Positions 9,141-19,329 of a DNA stretch of 64,000 nucleotides are shown here, piece by piece. The stretch spans positions 226,438 to 290,437 of the forward strand of contig JAZDNF010000001.1 of the NCBI GenBank assembly GCA_043800255.1, written 5' to 3'. The notes under the pieces were generated by a model that was not told the DNA's origin, made no database searches, and saw only the letters and a program-made list of their open reading frames with translations. Source of the DNA: Candidatus Altiarchaeota archaeon (GTDB taxonomy: Archaea; Altiarchaeota; Altiarchaeia; IMC4; SCGC-AAA252-I15). Both the position numbers and the translations under genes were made by a program. How positions within the stretch are numbered: position 1 is the stretch's first letter; each line of letters opens with the position of its first letter.

Positions 9141-12100
9141 CTAAAAAACTAATGGAATAGATACCAAGTTCCAACCTATAACTAACGTAATGGTTGATGA
9201 AGTGGTAGTCGTTGACTCGCCATAAATTCCAATCGCATAAATCTTATTATCATCTGAACCGATGTAAACAACACCGTTATAGACTGCGGGTGGAGCATAT
9301 ATGTTCCCCCCTGCCGTGTAATTCCATATGTGTTCTCCATCAGACGCATTCAGGGCATAAATATTATTGCCCCCCGATCCGATATACACGACACCATTAG
9401 ATACTGCAGGGGAGGATAATATGGAATTCCCCATTGTGTAATTCCATATGTGTGCTCTAGCGCTGACGTTCAACGCATAAAATCTAGTATCCCATGAGCC
9501 CACATATAAAATATCATTAACAACTGCGGGGGAAGAGGATATGTCATCACCGGTTGTGTAATTCCATATATGCTCACCGGTGGATGCGTTCAATGCGTAA
9601 ACCTTGTCGTCATATGAACCAAGATATACTACTCCATTCAAAACTGCGGGAGACGAGTCTACCAGATGGCCTGTTGTGTAATTCCATATCAATGTTCCAT
9701 CAGAGATATTTATGGCATAAACCTTATGATCTTGAGAACCAACGTACAGAACACCATTCGAAATCGCAGGAGAAGAGTCTACTTCATTCCCCACAGTATA
9801 GTTCCACATATGCGCTCCACTGGAAGCATTCAAGGCATAAATATTATCGTCCCGTGAACCAATGCATACAACATCACTAGCAACTGCTGGAGAAGAGAGT
9901 ATCAGACCACCAGTTGTGTAGTTCCATATCTGTGCCCCGTTGGATGCATTCAAGGCGTAAGTTTTATTATCACTTGAACCGATGTAAACCACACCATTTG
10001 CAACCGCGGGGGAGGAATATACAGAGCCACCAGTTGTGTAATTCCATCTAAGCGCTCCATTAGAAGCATTAAATGCGTAGACCTTACTATCGCCTGAACC
10101 AATGTAAAGTGTACCATTTACAACAGCAGGGGAAGATCGTACAATACCGCCAGTCGTATAATTCCAAAGCAGTGTTCTATTCAGGACTACGGGGCTCGTT
10201 GTATACCCACTGTGGTTCAGATCATGCCTGAACATCGACCAGTCGTCAATTGCGACTGTAGTAGTGGTTGTAGTAGTTGTTGTGGTTGTCGAGGTGGTCG
10301 TCGTAGTTGTAGTAGTGGTGGTAGTAGTTGTTGTCGTTGTTGTGATTCCAGAACTGAAACAATAGACCTTATTGTCGTTAGAGCCCACGACTACCATACC
10401 TCCTGCAACAGAAGGCGATGAGTATATAAGCCCACTGGTAGTGTAGTTCCAAATGTGAATTCCGTTACTTGAATTCAATGCATAAAAACTGTAATCCTCA
10501 GAGCCTATCAATACAAGATTATCAACAACTGCTGGCGAAGAAAACACTTCGTATAATGTAGTGTAATTCCAAATTTCCTGGCCAGAACTAATATTGAGTG
10601 CATAGACCTTATTATCATATGATCCTACAAAGACTCTATCACCATAGATGGCTGGCGAAGAGGATATATAATTCCTAGTAGTATAGTTCCACAAGTGTTC
10701 GCCAGTGCTTGCATTAAGAGCATAAGTCTTGTTGTTCGTGGAGCCAACAAAGACCATTCCATTAGAAACTGCTGGTGAGGAGTATATGTCTGCTCCGGTA
10801 CTGTAATTCCAAATCTTAGCGCCGTTGCTGGCATTCAATGCATACACATTGTCATCATATGACCCAAAAAAAACCACATTGTTTACCACAGCAGGCGACG
10901 AATATATAAAATTTCCAGTACTATAGTTCCAGATTTTTGAGCCATTGCTCACATTCAAGGCATACATGTTACCGTCTCTGGAGCCGAAGAAGACCTCATT
11001 GTTTACCACAGCAGGCGATGAGAATACGCTATCACCTGTACTATAGCTCCACATAATTGCACCATTGCTGGCATTTATTGCATACGTCCTATTATCCCAG
11101 GAACCAACAAAGACTATACCGCCATAGACTGTGGGCGAAGAGAATACATTATCGCCTGTGGTAAAATTCCAGATTTCTTGGCCAGTACTAATATTGAGTG
11201 CATAGACCTTATGGTCATATGATCCCACAAAGACCACTCCGTTTGACACTGTAGGTGAAGAGTATACGTCGTCCCCAGTAGTATAGCTCCAGTTGAGAGT
11301 CAATCCGCTTGCATTAAACTGGCTTGTTGAATATCCCGTATGGCTCAAATCAGCACGAAACATCGGCCAAGCATTGTCATGGCTTACATAAACCACGCCC
11401 GCAGAATAATTTCTTACAGTAGTCAAACCGTCATAAACTTCACACCACAGGTAATATGATCTCCCACCTGACCAGAGACTTGTATCGCAAGTCTCATTTC
11501 CATCGTTTGCTGTATTTTCAAAGCATTTGTAAGTTTGGTCGAAGCTTGAATTGTCCTCATCAGCATAGCAACTTACCCTCAGCGTCTGTACATCAGGGTC
11601 TGATGCATTCCAACTCGCTTGAAATGACGAGTCAGATGTCATATTGCTAAAGTTGGGCTGTGATATCCCGATTGTCGGAATTTCGTTCGGCCCGAACGCG
11701 TATAGTTTGCGGTCGCTGTCCATAGATCCGAAGAAGAGCATACCATTTGCTATCGCCGGGGAGGAGAGTATTCGTCCTCCTGTGGTGTAGTTCCAGACTA
11801 ATGCTCCTGTAGTGGCATTTAGCCCATAGGTTGTGTTATCCTCTGAGCCGACAAATACAACGCCGCTCGCTACGGCGGGGGATGAATAGTATATGTTATC
11901 TCTTGCCGTGTAATTCCATATGTGCGCTCCGGTAGATGCATTTAGTGCGTATATTTTATCATCCTCTGAGCCGACATAAATCATGCCGTAGGCGACGGCA
12001 GGTGATGAGGATACATCATATCCTGTTGTGTAGTTCCATACCTGCGCTCCAGAGGTCATATTGAATGCATACACGTTGAAATCGTTTCCTCCGAAGTATA

Positions 12101-12806
12101 CCAAACCATTTGAAACCGCTGGCGATGATACGATCCCACCATTAATTCCTGATGAGAAGTTCCACACATGAGCGCCTGTGCTCAAATCCAATGAGTAGAA
12201 TCTCTTGCCCAACTCCGAACCTATGAAGACCATACCCCCAGATAAAGCAGGAGATGATGCTATCCTACCCTCTGTGGTGTAGTTCCATATCTGGGTGCCA
12301 TTGTTGATCCATAATGAGTATGTGATGTTATCATATGATCCAATATAAAGTCTGCCATCTGAAACGGTTGGTGAGGACCATATTGAACTTCCTGTCGTGT
12401 AATTCCATATCTGCTCCCCTGTGCTTGAGTTGATGGCGAATATTAGGCCGTTTCCTGAACCAACATATACTACCTGTGTTGTGACAGTCGGTGATGATAC
12501 GATGCCTGATCCAAGGCTGGCATTCCACATCTGCCTCCCACTGGTTTCGTTGAGTGCGTATAGTTTACTGTCTTGTGAGCCGAAGTAGACAACCCCGTTC
12601 AATATCGCTGGTGAGGCGAATATGCCATCCCCTGCAGTATAAGTCCACTTTAAAGCTAAACTGCTGACATTAACAGTGGTTTCTGTCGTATATCCTGTGT
12701 GCTCTAAGTCATGGCGGAACATCTGCCAGTCTGCGGCAGAAGCCAATCCAGAGTATGAGAGCAATAATGCTAGGGTGAAAACGGTTTTACAACTCATGTT
12801 AGGCAA
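9141..12806 (-). CDS. large secreted protein with three PQQ-like beta-propellers, a Thr linker and C-terminal GWNLVSIPLVF
   Basis: Three W.MFR.DL.H(T/S)GY-started repeat blocks, an Ig-like spacer and a poly-Thr tract. Confidence 0.9.
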   Translation of the reverse strand: MPNMSCKTVFTLALLLSYSGLASAADWQMFRHDLEHTGYTTETTVNVSSLALKWTYTAGDGIFASPAILNGVVYFGSQDSKLYALNETSGRQMWNASLGSGIVSSPTVTTQVVYVGSGNGLIFAINSSTGEQIWNYTTGSSIWSSPTVSDGRLYIGSYDNITYSLWINNGTQIWNYTTEGRIASSPALSGGMVFIGSELGKRFYSLDLSTGAHVWNFSSGINGGIVSSPAVSNGLVYFGGNDFNVYAFNMTSGAQVWNYTTGYDVSSSPAVAYGMIYVGSEDDKIYALNASTGAHIWNYTARDNIYYSSPAVASGVVFVGSEDNTTYGLNATTGALVWNYTTGGRILSSPAIANGMLFFGSMDSDRKLYAFGPNEIPTIGISQPNFSNMTSDSSFQASWNASDPDVQTLRVSCYADEDNSSFDQTYKCFENTANDGNETCDTSLWSGGRSYYLWCEVYDGLTTVRNYSAGVVYVSHDNAWPMFRADLSHTGYSTSQFNASGLTLNWSYTTGDDVYSSPTVSNGVVFVGSYDHKVYALNISTGQEIWNFTTGDNVFSSPTVYGGIVFVGSWDNRTYAINASNGAIMWSYSTGDSVFSSPAVVNNEVFFGSRDGNMYALNVSNGSKIWNYSTGNFIYSSPAVVNNVVFFGSYDDNVYALNASNGAKIWNYSTGADIYSSPAVSNGMVFVGSTNNKTYALNASTGEHLWNYTTRNYISSSPAIYGDRVFVGSYDNKVYALNISSGQEIWNYTTLYEVFSSPAVVDNLVLIGSEDYSFYALNSSNGIHIWNYTTSGLIYSSPSVAGGMVVVGSNDNKVYCFSSGITTTTTTTTTTTTTTTTTSTTTTTTTTTTTVAIDDWSMFRHDLNHSGYTTSPVVLNRTLLWNYTTGGIVRSSPAVVNGTLYIGSGDSKVYAFNASNGALRWNYTTGGSVYSSPAVANGVVYIGSSDNKTYALNASNGAQIWNYTTGGLILSSPAVASDVVCIGSRDDNIYALNASSGAHMWNYTVGNEVDSSPAISNGVLYVGSQDHKVYAINISDGTLIWNYTTGHLVDSSPAVLNGVVYLGSYDDKVYALNASTGEHIWNYTTGDDISSSPAVVNDILYVGSWDTRFYALNVSARAHIWNYTMGNSILSSPAVSNGVVYIGSGGNNIYALNASDGEHIWNYTAGGNIYAPPAVYNGVVYIGSDDNKIYAIGIYGESTTTTSSTITLVIGWNLVSIPLVF
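10258..10345 (-). repeat. poly-Thr (ACN) low-complexity linker
   Basis: Run of about 29 Thr codons with one Ser. Confidence 0.8.
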
Positions 12807-12906
12807 TTAACAATGTGAACGGCATTAAAAATCAGCCAACATCCAGCTATATGGCAAAGGGTGGGGCGCAGCAGCGTCTTTATTGCGCCCTATCCTATAC
12901 TATCAT

Positions 12907-14241
12907 ATGCTGAGGAGGGCCAAGCACTTGAAGCCTGTCAAGGAGGCTGTGAAAGAGCTGGCAGACGATGAAATTCTGAAGAGCACAGACCTTCCTAAGG
13001 TAAGAGACGCCCGCAGGATGCTTGAACTCGAGCTGGACATAAACGCAGCAGGCCTGATTGAAGTCATAGGAGAGCACCCTGACAGGGCGTTGAGAAAATA
13101 CTTCCATCAGGTGAAGAACAAGTGCGAGAAACAGCACAGGGGGGTTGAGGGTGCGGATGGGCTGGTGACTGAGAAGTTGATGCTTGGCACCCTGAAGGTT
13201 GCGTCCAAGATAGCGCGGGACCAGGGTAAGGATGTGAAAGAAATGCTCTCTGATCAGGGAGTAGGGGGTCATGTAATCAACGTTAACGAGGTCCTCAAGT
13301 TCATAGAACAGAGCATAAACGCTCCTGTCAGGGTCAAAACCGGCGACGAAGAAGAGAATCTGATGACAGCAAACGATCTAATCCTCGGCCACATGCTAAA
13401 TCACAAGAAGACATATGCCGTAAGGAAGGACAGGAACGGATACTATCTGGAGGAGAACTCCATTCGCGAGACGATGTACGATAAAGCCCTCAAAAGGCTT
13501 ACCTTAGAGAGGGACGCCAGCGCGTTAGGCATGTTCGAAGAGCACGTCAACGAGAGGATAAAGGAGTCGAGGGCCGCTGAACTGGACAGTTCAACTGATG
13601 AGTTTGTCCTGGGATTGCTGAAAGAGGCGAGAAAGAATTTCAGCCAACTCAGGGGAGACGACATAGGCTACATGAAGAAGGTGCTTGAGAAGAACGTCCT
13701 AGAGAGGATGGCGCAGGTCAGCACAGACAAGAAGGGCAACTACCACGGGCTGCTGACATCCGACTTGGGCAGGGAAGGCGGCGTCATCAACAACGCAGTA
13801 TTAGCGATTGCGAAGGTGATGCCACCTGTTTTCGTGTTCACATACGACTGGGAGAAGAACATGATGGAACTGAACGTGACAGACGGCAAGAGGCTGGCGA
13901 AGCCGTTCGGATACGTGCTAAACCCGACGGTCAGGGATACGCTGCTAAGGGAGTCGAATAAGGCCGGCATTGACATCATCAAGGCTGAAGGAGGGGACGT
14001 CGAGATTGGAGTCGCATCCGCAGGCATCATAGGCGTGGGAGTGTACAAGAGATTCGAAGGATATGAGAACATAACCTGGCTGCCGGAGCCTGAAGAGGCC
14101 GTCAGGTTAACTCTTGCAGGCATACTCTCAGACCAGGAGTCCGCCAAGAGGAAGAAGCTAGTGTTCATGCTCGCGAACGGTAACGTCACATCGTGCAACG
14201 TGGGCGACATCATCAAGAACATAGACCAGAGGAACAACTAA
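12907..14241 (+). CDS. hypothetical protein
   Basis: Long ORF with host-like codon usage, likely starting at the ATG at 12907. No confident family. Confidence 0.7.
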   Translation: MLRRAKHLKPVKEAVKELADDEILKSTDLPKVRDARRMLELELDINAAGLIEVIGEHPDRALRKYFHQVKNKCEKQHRGVEGADGLVTEKLMLGTLKVASKIARDQGKDVKEMLSDQGVGGHVINVNEVLKFIEQSINAPVRVKTGDEEENLMTANDLILGHMLNHKKTYAVRKDRNGYYLEENSIRETMYDKALKRLTLERDASALGMFEEHVNERIKESRAAELDSSTDEFVLGLLKEARKNFSQLRGDDIGYMKKVLEKNVLERMAQVSTDKKGNYHGLLTSDLGREGGVINNAVLAIAKVMPPVFVFTYDWEKNMMELNVTDGKRLAKPFGYVLNPTVRDTLLRESNKAGIDIIKAEGGDVEIGVASAGIIGVGVYKRFEGYENITWLPEPEEAVRLTLAGILSDQESAKRKKLVFMLANGNVTSCNVGDIIKNIDQRNN

Positions 14242-14250
14242 TCAGAGACG

Positions 14251-14490
14251 ATGAAAGAAGAAATCAAGTTCCTGTTCTGCCCAAACTGTCTGAGCAGGAA
14301 CGTCGGCTGGAACCTGTCCAAGGAATCCTACGCAGGAGGGAGGATATTCAACGAGAAAACCTGCAAAGCCTGCGGATTCAAAAGCCTGCTGTTCCCTGAG
14401 GTCACGGCGGAAGAATACACGAAAATCAAGCAGATGAAGGCTGCAGAAGAGGCAGACGCCGAGAAGCCGCACGCTATTCCCCCTGAATAG
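14251..14490 (+). CDS. small zinc-ribbon protein
   Basis: CPNC...CKACG motifs. Confidence 0.65.
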   Translation: MKEEIKFLFCPNCLSRNVGWNLSKESYAGGRIFNEKTCKACGFKSLLFPEVTAEEYTKIKQMKAAEEADAEKPHAIPPE

Positions 14491-14497
14491 TGCCGGA

Positions 14498-14959
14498 CTA
14501 TCCTAAATCCTTTCTGTACCTGACAATCCTCCTCGAGATCGGGAGCAGATTGTGCAATCTCTTGCCCTCTGCCAGCCCCACGCCGACGAAAAGGCCCTCT
14601 GATTTAATTATGACTATGCCCTCGCCCTGCTCACAGGAGATGCTGTCAGCGCCGTTAAAGAGTTCCAGAGCCTGAGGCCTGCTGACTTCTATAACCTGTT
14701 TTGCGGCGGTCTCGCCGATAAGCTGTGCGCCCTCGATTGTCGGCACAATCCCCCGCTCGTCTACTGTGACAAAGTGGAGGCCGACCCACTCAGCCCGCAC
14801 TTCAGGGAGGCTGCTGCCAGAGTAGAGGAATATCCTGTCAATGTTCCTCTTCTTCCTGTGCACGAGCACCCTATCCTCAGTAGAGAAGCTGCTCCCGAAG
14901 AAACTGTTAACGTCGTCCAAGACCCTTTGCCTCTCCTTTCCAACGCGTTCAATCCTCAT
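14498..14959 (-). CDS. NIP7/UPF0113-like PUA-domain RNA-binding protein (partner of RsmF/NOP2)
   Basis: GLHF...PTIEGAQLIG..A.KQVIE...GVG motif, coupled to the NOP2-family gene. Confidence 0.8.
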   Translation of the reverse strand: MRIERVGKERQRVLDDVNSFFGSSFSTEDRVLVHRKKRNIDRIFLYSGSSLPEVRAEWVGLHFVTVDERGIVPTIEGAQLIGETAAKQVIEVSRPQALELFNGADSISCEQGEGIVIIKSEGLFVGVGLAEGKRLHNLLPISRRIVRYRKDLG

Positions 14960-15848
14960 CCTTCACCACCTTCGCGATAAAGTATGAGTCGGCATCATTG
15001 TGCTGCGGCAGAATCCTGATACAGTCTCTGGCTTTCTCGGTCAGACCTGCCATGAACTCCAGTCCGGGCGGAGACTCCCTCACAAGATGCGCATCATCAT
15101 ATTTTAAGAGCAGATGCTCTATCACCTGCTCATTCTCCTCCAAAGAAGTCGTGCACGTCGAATAGACGAGCGATCCGCCCGGCTTAAGCATGCTGTAGGC
15201 GTCAACTATCATCCTCTTCTGGAGGCTGCTGAGACGCTTCACCCTCTCCAGGCTCCAGCGCCTCAAGGCGTCAGGATTCTTCCTCACGGTCCCAACGTCG
15301 CTGCAGGGCGCGTCCAACAGTATCCGGTCAAACTCCTGGCCCAGGCTGCTGTAGCGGCAGCCATCGCTTTTGGTGACTATCGCATTACGGACGCCGCAAC
15401 GCTGGAGGTTGTAGACTAGAGCCCGGATTCGCGAGAAGTTAGGCTCGTTGGCTACCAGCAGACCGCGGTTCTTCATCAGAGCAGCCAGGTGTGTGGTCTT
15501 GCTGCCAGGTGCTGCGCACAGGTCCAGAACGCGGTCCCCATCCGCAGGGCTGAGGACTACCGGAGGCACCATCGACATCGGCGTCTGGATGTAGTAGAAG
15601 CCGAGCTGATGTTCCATGGTATTGAGGCCGCCCTCTCCAACCCAGAGGCAGTCATCGCACCATTGCATGCCGGCATATTCTATCCTATGCTCCTTGAGAG
15701 CCTTCTTCACGAAGCTCATCTCGCATTTGAGGGTGTTCACCCTCAAAGACCATCTGTTGTAATGCATCTGGATGTGACTGATGAAGCTATCGTACTCCCT
15801 CCCCAGCAGCCTCTCATGGTATCTGAGAAACTCATCAGGCAATCTCAT
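14949..15848 (-). CDS. RsmB/NOL1/NOP2 family RNA cytosine-C5 methyltransferase
   Basis: VLDLCAAPGSKT, ILLDAPCS and LVYSTCT motifs. Confidence 0.95.
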   Translation of the reverse strand: MRLPDEFLRYHERLLGREYDSFISHIQMHYNRWSLRVNTLKCEMSFVKKALKEHRIEYAGMQWCDDCLWVGEGGLNTMEHQLGFYYIQTPMSMVPPVVLSPADGDRVLDLCAAPGSKTTHLAALMKNRGLLVANEPNFSRIRALVYNLQRCGVRNAIVTKSDGCRYSSLGQEFDRILLDAPCSDVGTVRKNPDALRRWSLERVKRLSSLQKRMIVDAYSMLKPGGSLVYSTCTTSLEENEQVIEHLLLKYDDAHLVRESPPGLEFMAGLTEKARDCIRILPQHNDADSYFIAKVVKDED

Positions 15849-16090
15849 GGAGCATCCCACCTGAACCCACAATCATGAACCACGGCAAGATCCTTCTCGC
15901 ACCTTGGGAACTTCCTGCACTGGAGCGGTCTTATAACATATACTCTGCACTTCTCCCTGCCGGAGAGGAACAAACATCTTATGGGAAGCTTACAGCATGC
16001 TGCGCCGCAGGCTTCTGGCGTGCACTCTCCTCTCCGGTTAGCCTGCACTGGCAGAAACGACTCTAAAAGGCGCCTGATTTTTTCAAGCAT
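15845..16090 (-). CDS. YkgJ-like cysteine-cluster protein
   Basis: C..CGAACC...C.FL...C.VY..RP.QCRKFP. Confidence 0.8.
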   Translation of the reverse strand: MLEKIRRLLESFLPVQANRRGECTPEACGAACCKLPIRCLFLSGREKCRVYVIRPLQCRKFPRCEKDLAVVHDCGFRWDAP

Positions 16091-16117
16091 AAATAACTTT
16101 GTGCAAAATGTCTTATA

Positions 16118-16747
16118 ATGAGGATGCCTTTTGTCACCGAGGGCCTGATAGTCGGCGTAGGGCTGATACTGACCGGGAGCGCGCTGTATGCCTACGATAA
16201 AATGTCAATAATGCTTATCGCGGCTGGCGCCTTCACATTGTACTTCTTCAGGGATCCTGAGCGTACCGTCCCATCCGGGGAGGATGCTATCGTCTCCCCA
16301 GCTGATGGAACGATTGACAGAGTTCAGAACCTAATTGAGCCGTCTTTTGTCGGCTCCAAAGGGAAGATGATAAGCATAGTGCTCTCGCCGTTCGACGTCC
16401 ACGTGAACAGGATGCCGGTCGACGGCACTGTGAAAAAAATAGAAAGGGAGAGCGGCTCCAAGCTGCCGGCAAAATGGGACAAAGCTTTCGACCATAACGA
16501 GCGGAACCATATAATGATTCAGGGTGGCATCCCCGTAGTAGTGACCCAGATAACCGGAATATTCGCCCGCAGGATAGTCTGCTGGGTCCGTGAGGGCGAC
16601 CGATTAAAGCGGGGGCAGCGGCTTGGCATGATACGATTCGGCTCGAGGACTAACATAGTTTTGCCTGAGAACGTGAAAGTCTCGGTGAGAAGAGGCGACA
16701 GGGTGAGGGGGGGCGAGACTATAATAGCAAGAATCATAAAATCATAA
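16118..16747 (+). CDS. psd: phosphatidylserine (archaetidylserine) decarboxylase proenzyme
   Basis: FFRDPER, SPADG, DVHVNR.P, NER and the FGS pyruvoyl cleavage site. Confidence 0.93.
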   Translation: MRMPFVTEGLIVGVGLILTGSALYAYDKMSIMLIAAGAFTLYFFRDPERTVPSGEDAIVSPADGTIDRVQNLIEPSFVGSKGKMISIVLSPFDVHVNRMPVDGTVKKIERESGSKLPAKWDKAFDHNERNHIMIQGGIPVVVTQITGIFARRIVCWVREGDRLKRGQRLGMIRFGSRTNIVLPENVKVSVRRGDRVRGGETIIARIIKS

Positions 16748-16751
16748 GAAG

Positions 16752-17426
16752 ATGAAACCCAAGAACATCCTCATGCAGATACCTGACCTCCTGACGCTGC
16801 TCAACCTGCTCATGGGATTCACAGCAATAGTGTTCATCCTCCAATCAGACCCAACTAAGGCGGCGTTGTCCATACTGCTGGCGGTGCTGCTGGACATATC
16901 AGACGGATTCTTCTCCCGCAGACTGAATACGAGCAGCAAATTCGGCCTGGAATTGGATTCATTAGCGGACATGGCGTCATTCGGAATAGCGCCTGGCATA
17001 ATAGCGTACACAGTATTCCTGAAGTCTTCCGGCGGTGTCATGCTGTCAGCACTCATCCCCCTTTGCAGTGCAATACGCCTCGCAAGGTATAATATAATAG
17101 ACGACAAGAATTCGTTCACAGGCCTTCCGACCCCCGCGATGGGAGGGTTCATAGCCTCGCTGGTTTTGACAGGCATTACCGTCCAAACCTACCATGTCGC
17201 AATATGGGTTGTGCTCCTGTGCGCTCTCATGGTGAGCGAGATCCCATTCCACAGGTACAGGCGACTCCCGACCAAGAGATTTTCGAAACCCCTCCTGCTG
17301 CTTCTATTGAGCCTGATACCCCCCTTCTTCGACATCAGGCTCATCATCGTGCCATTCCTCACGTATATCATCCTCGGAGTGGTTACTCATTTCTGGAGGA
17401 TTGCGCAGACCAGGAGCAAATCCTGA
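16752..17426 (+). CDS. pssA: CDP-alcohol phosphatidyltransferase, (archaetidyl/phosphatidyl)serine synthase
   Basis: D..DG..(S)R...S.FG.ELDSLAD motif plus RLARYN and FTGLPTP. Adjacent to psd. Confidence 0.92.
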   Translation: MKPKNILMQIPDLLTLLNLLMGFTAIVFILQSDPTKAALSILLAVLLDISDGFFSRRLNTSSKFGLELDSLADMASFGIAPGIIAYTVFLKSSGGVMLSALIPLCSAIRLARYNIIDDKNSFTGLPTPAMGGFIASLVLTGITVQTYHVAIWVVLLCALMVSEIPFHRYRRLPTKRFSKPLLLLLLSLIPPFFDIRLIIVPFLTYIILGVVTHFWRIAQTRSKS

Positions 17427-17442
17427 AAGACAATACCCCAGC

Positions 17443-19251
17443 TCAGTCCAGTGGTATGCTTATAAGATTCCAGCCGAGGGTGAGGGCTACTCCAACGGTT
17501 GACGAGAGGCTCTCTCCCCCTATCGTGTAAGTACTGAAGTGGCTCACATTCGCCCACACGAAATCGCCAGAGGCGTTCACATCGGTAGCATACACCCACG
17601 CCATAGAAGACGCGTTCAACCTCTGCCAATCTGAGAGACTAGTGTTAAACCAGTACATTGCCAGCGTCGACTCGTTCAGATTGCTGGCGTTCAGCTCCTC
17701 AGCAGTATAGTACATCTGAATGACAGTCGAATTCAGATTCTCCGCGAGAGACTGGCTCACAGTGATTTCCAAGTACCTGCCTAAGGAAGGTACAACGAAG
17801 GAAGAATTCGTCGGATTCCCAGAATACGAAGTAACGTTCACATCAGCATCGACTAGGGTAGTATTCGTCACAATAACCAACGTAGCATTCACAGTCGATG
17901 CGTTAATAACGGTAGTATTAAAGGCGGTAAAATTCTCAGTCCAATTATAATTGATAACCTCAATAGTCGACGTGGAAGTAGACGAAGAAGTTGTGGAAGT
18001 CGACGTTGAAGTTGTGGACGTGGAACTTGAAGTAGACGTTGACGTGGACGTTGAAGTGCTGATACTGGTTGTTGTAGACGTGCTGGTAGATGTCGTTGAT
18101 GTCGACGTGGTAGGTGTTACAGAAATCCTATGATAGTACAGTCCAGACCCCCGCGTCCAAGCGATTGGTACATAATCTGAACTCGCATTAACCTTTTTTG
18201 GAAAAACAGGATAACGGCAATCACCACTATTGTCCACTATCACCCTATCTCCCCAAGACGTTGTATTCGAGCTGAAACGCCTGTAAGTCAGGGCATTAAA
18301 CCCCGAATCCTGTCTCAAATATGCTGCGAAAACATCAGACCCGTAGGACGTAATGCTAACCAGTCCGGCATCGCTCACGTCATCGACCGTCACCGGCGCC
18401 GACCAATTCGAATCCGATTTCTTCTTGTAAGCATGGCGCAGCCTATCCTCTCCAGTATCCTCCCAGTACACGACATGAACGTTCCCATCATCAGTTTGGG
18501 TGACAGAGAAAACGCGGGTCAGCCAATTCGATGTCTCCAAACCCAGCTCAAAATCGGCATCCTCCACAAACGTCGAGCCATTCCAACCATAAAAGGAAAG
18601 GCTGTTCTCTCCTGCTGTAAGCTCCCATATGAGGGCATAGGGTGTGTTATCAATCACAATGGCTCCGACCCTGTTGTTGGCGTTAATCCCGGATGCTAGA
18701 ACATCATAAGTCCAGGCATTCCCGTTATCGGCAGACAGATCATAGTACATGTTTGAGTTGCTATTCTCTCTCGTGAAAATCCACACGTTGCCTCCATGAG
18801 CCAAGACGGCAGCATCCGTGGTTGATGTGGAAAAATGGGCGAATGCATCATCATAAGCTGGGTCATAATCGCCTGCCTGAGTTGCGGACGAGTTTATCCT
18901 CTTGTAGGAATGCGCCCCGCCGGTTCCGCGCTGGCCAGTGTGTATGTTACCGTAAGCGTCTATGTCAAAGGAGTCGTGGTCGCCGACGTTGTAAAATCCT
19001 ATGGCAGTCCAATTATCGCCTCCATCGCTACTATAATGTGCGTCAGGGTCTGTTCCGGCATGGAATATCCACAGCTTATCATTCTCGTCTGCGGACATCA
19101 GCATCTTCCTCCTCGGAATCCCGAGCAACGAATCCTGGCCCATGCCTGAAGATGTCACAGTTACTATCTCCTGTGCGGGAATGTAGTTACTAGAAACTAT
19201 CAGGAACAGGACTATCAGAATCAATGTGACTCTAAATTTTCCCCCTACCAT
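17443..19251 (-). CDS. secreted BNR/Asp-box propeller-like protein with Ser/Thr linker and C-terminal GWNLISIPLD
   Basis: Signal peptide, S.D.G.(N/A)W Asp-boxes, an ST tract, and a domain ending in V.HFSTY.I (PGF-pre-PGF-like). Confidence 0.8.
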   Translation of the reverse strand: MVGGKFRVTLILIVLFLIVSSNYIPAQEIVTVTSSGMGQDSLLGIPRRKMLMSADENDKLWIFHAGTDPDAHYSSDGGDNWTAIGFYNVGDHDSFDIDAYGNIHTGQRGTGGAHSYKRINSSATQAGDYDPAYDDAFAHFSTSTTDAAVLAHGGNVWIFTRENSNSNMYYDLSADNGNAWTYDVLASGINANNRVGAIVIDNTPYALIWELTAGENSLSFYGWNGSTFVEDADFELGLETSNWLTRVFSVTQTDDGNVHVVYWEDTGEDRLRHAYKKKSDSNWSAPVTVDDVSDAGLVSITSYGSDVFAAYLRQDSGFNALTYRRFSSNTTSWGDRVIVDNSGDCRYPVFPKKVNASSDYVPIAWTRGSGLYYHRISVTPTTSTSTTSTSTSTTTSISTSTSTSTSTSSSTSTTSTSTSTTSSSTSTSTIEVINYNWTENFTAFNTTVINASTVNATLVIVTNTTLVDADVNVTSYSGNPTNSSFVVPSLGRYLEITVSQSLAENLNSTVIQMYYTAEELNASNLNESTLAMYWFNTSLSDWQRLNASSMAWVYATDVNASGDFVWANVSHFSTYTIGGESLSSTVGVALTLGWNLISIPLD

Positions 19252-19329
19252 ATTAACAATAAACTCCTCAACTTAAAGACAAACCCCCGCACCAACCTGC
19301 GCCAGATGCCAACAGTATATCCTATGGGA

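Noticed and set aside
9141-12806. ~120-bp periodic DNA repeats as a CRISPR array or DGR template/variable repeats
   Set aside because: They are degenerate coding repeats of propeller blades. There are no identical repeat-spacer units, no adenine-specific mismatch pair and no reverse transcriptase.
12907-14241. Degenerate GGDEF-like motif (SSTDEFVLGL)
   Set aside because: A single weak motif without the other diguanylate-cyclase signatures.
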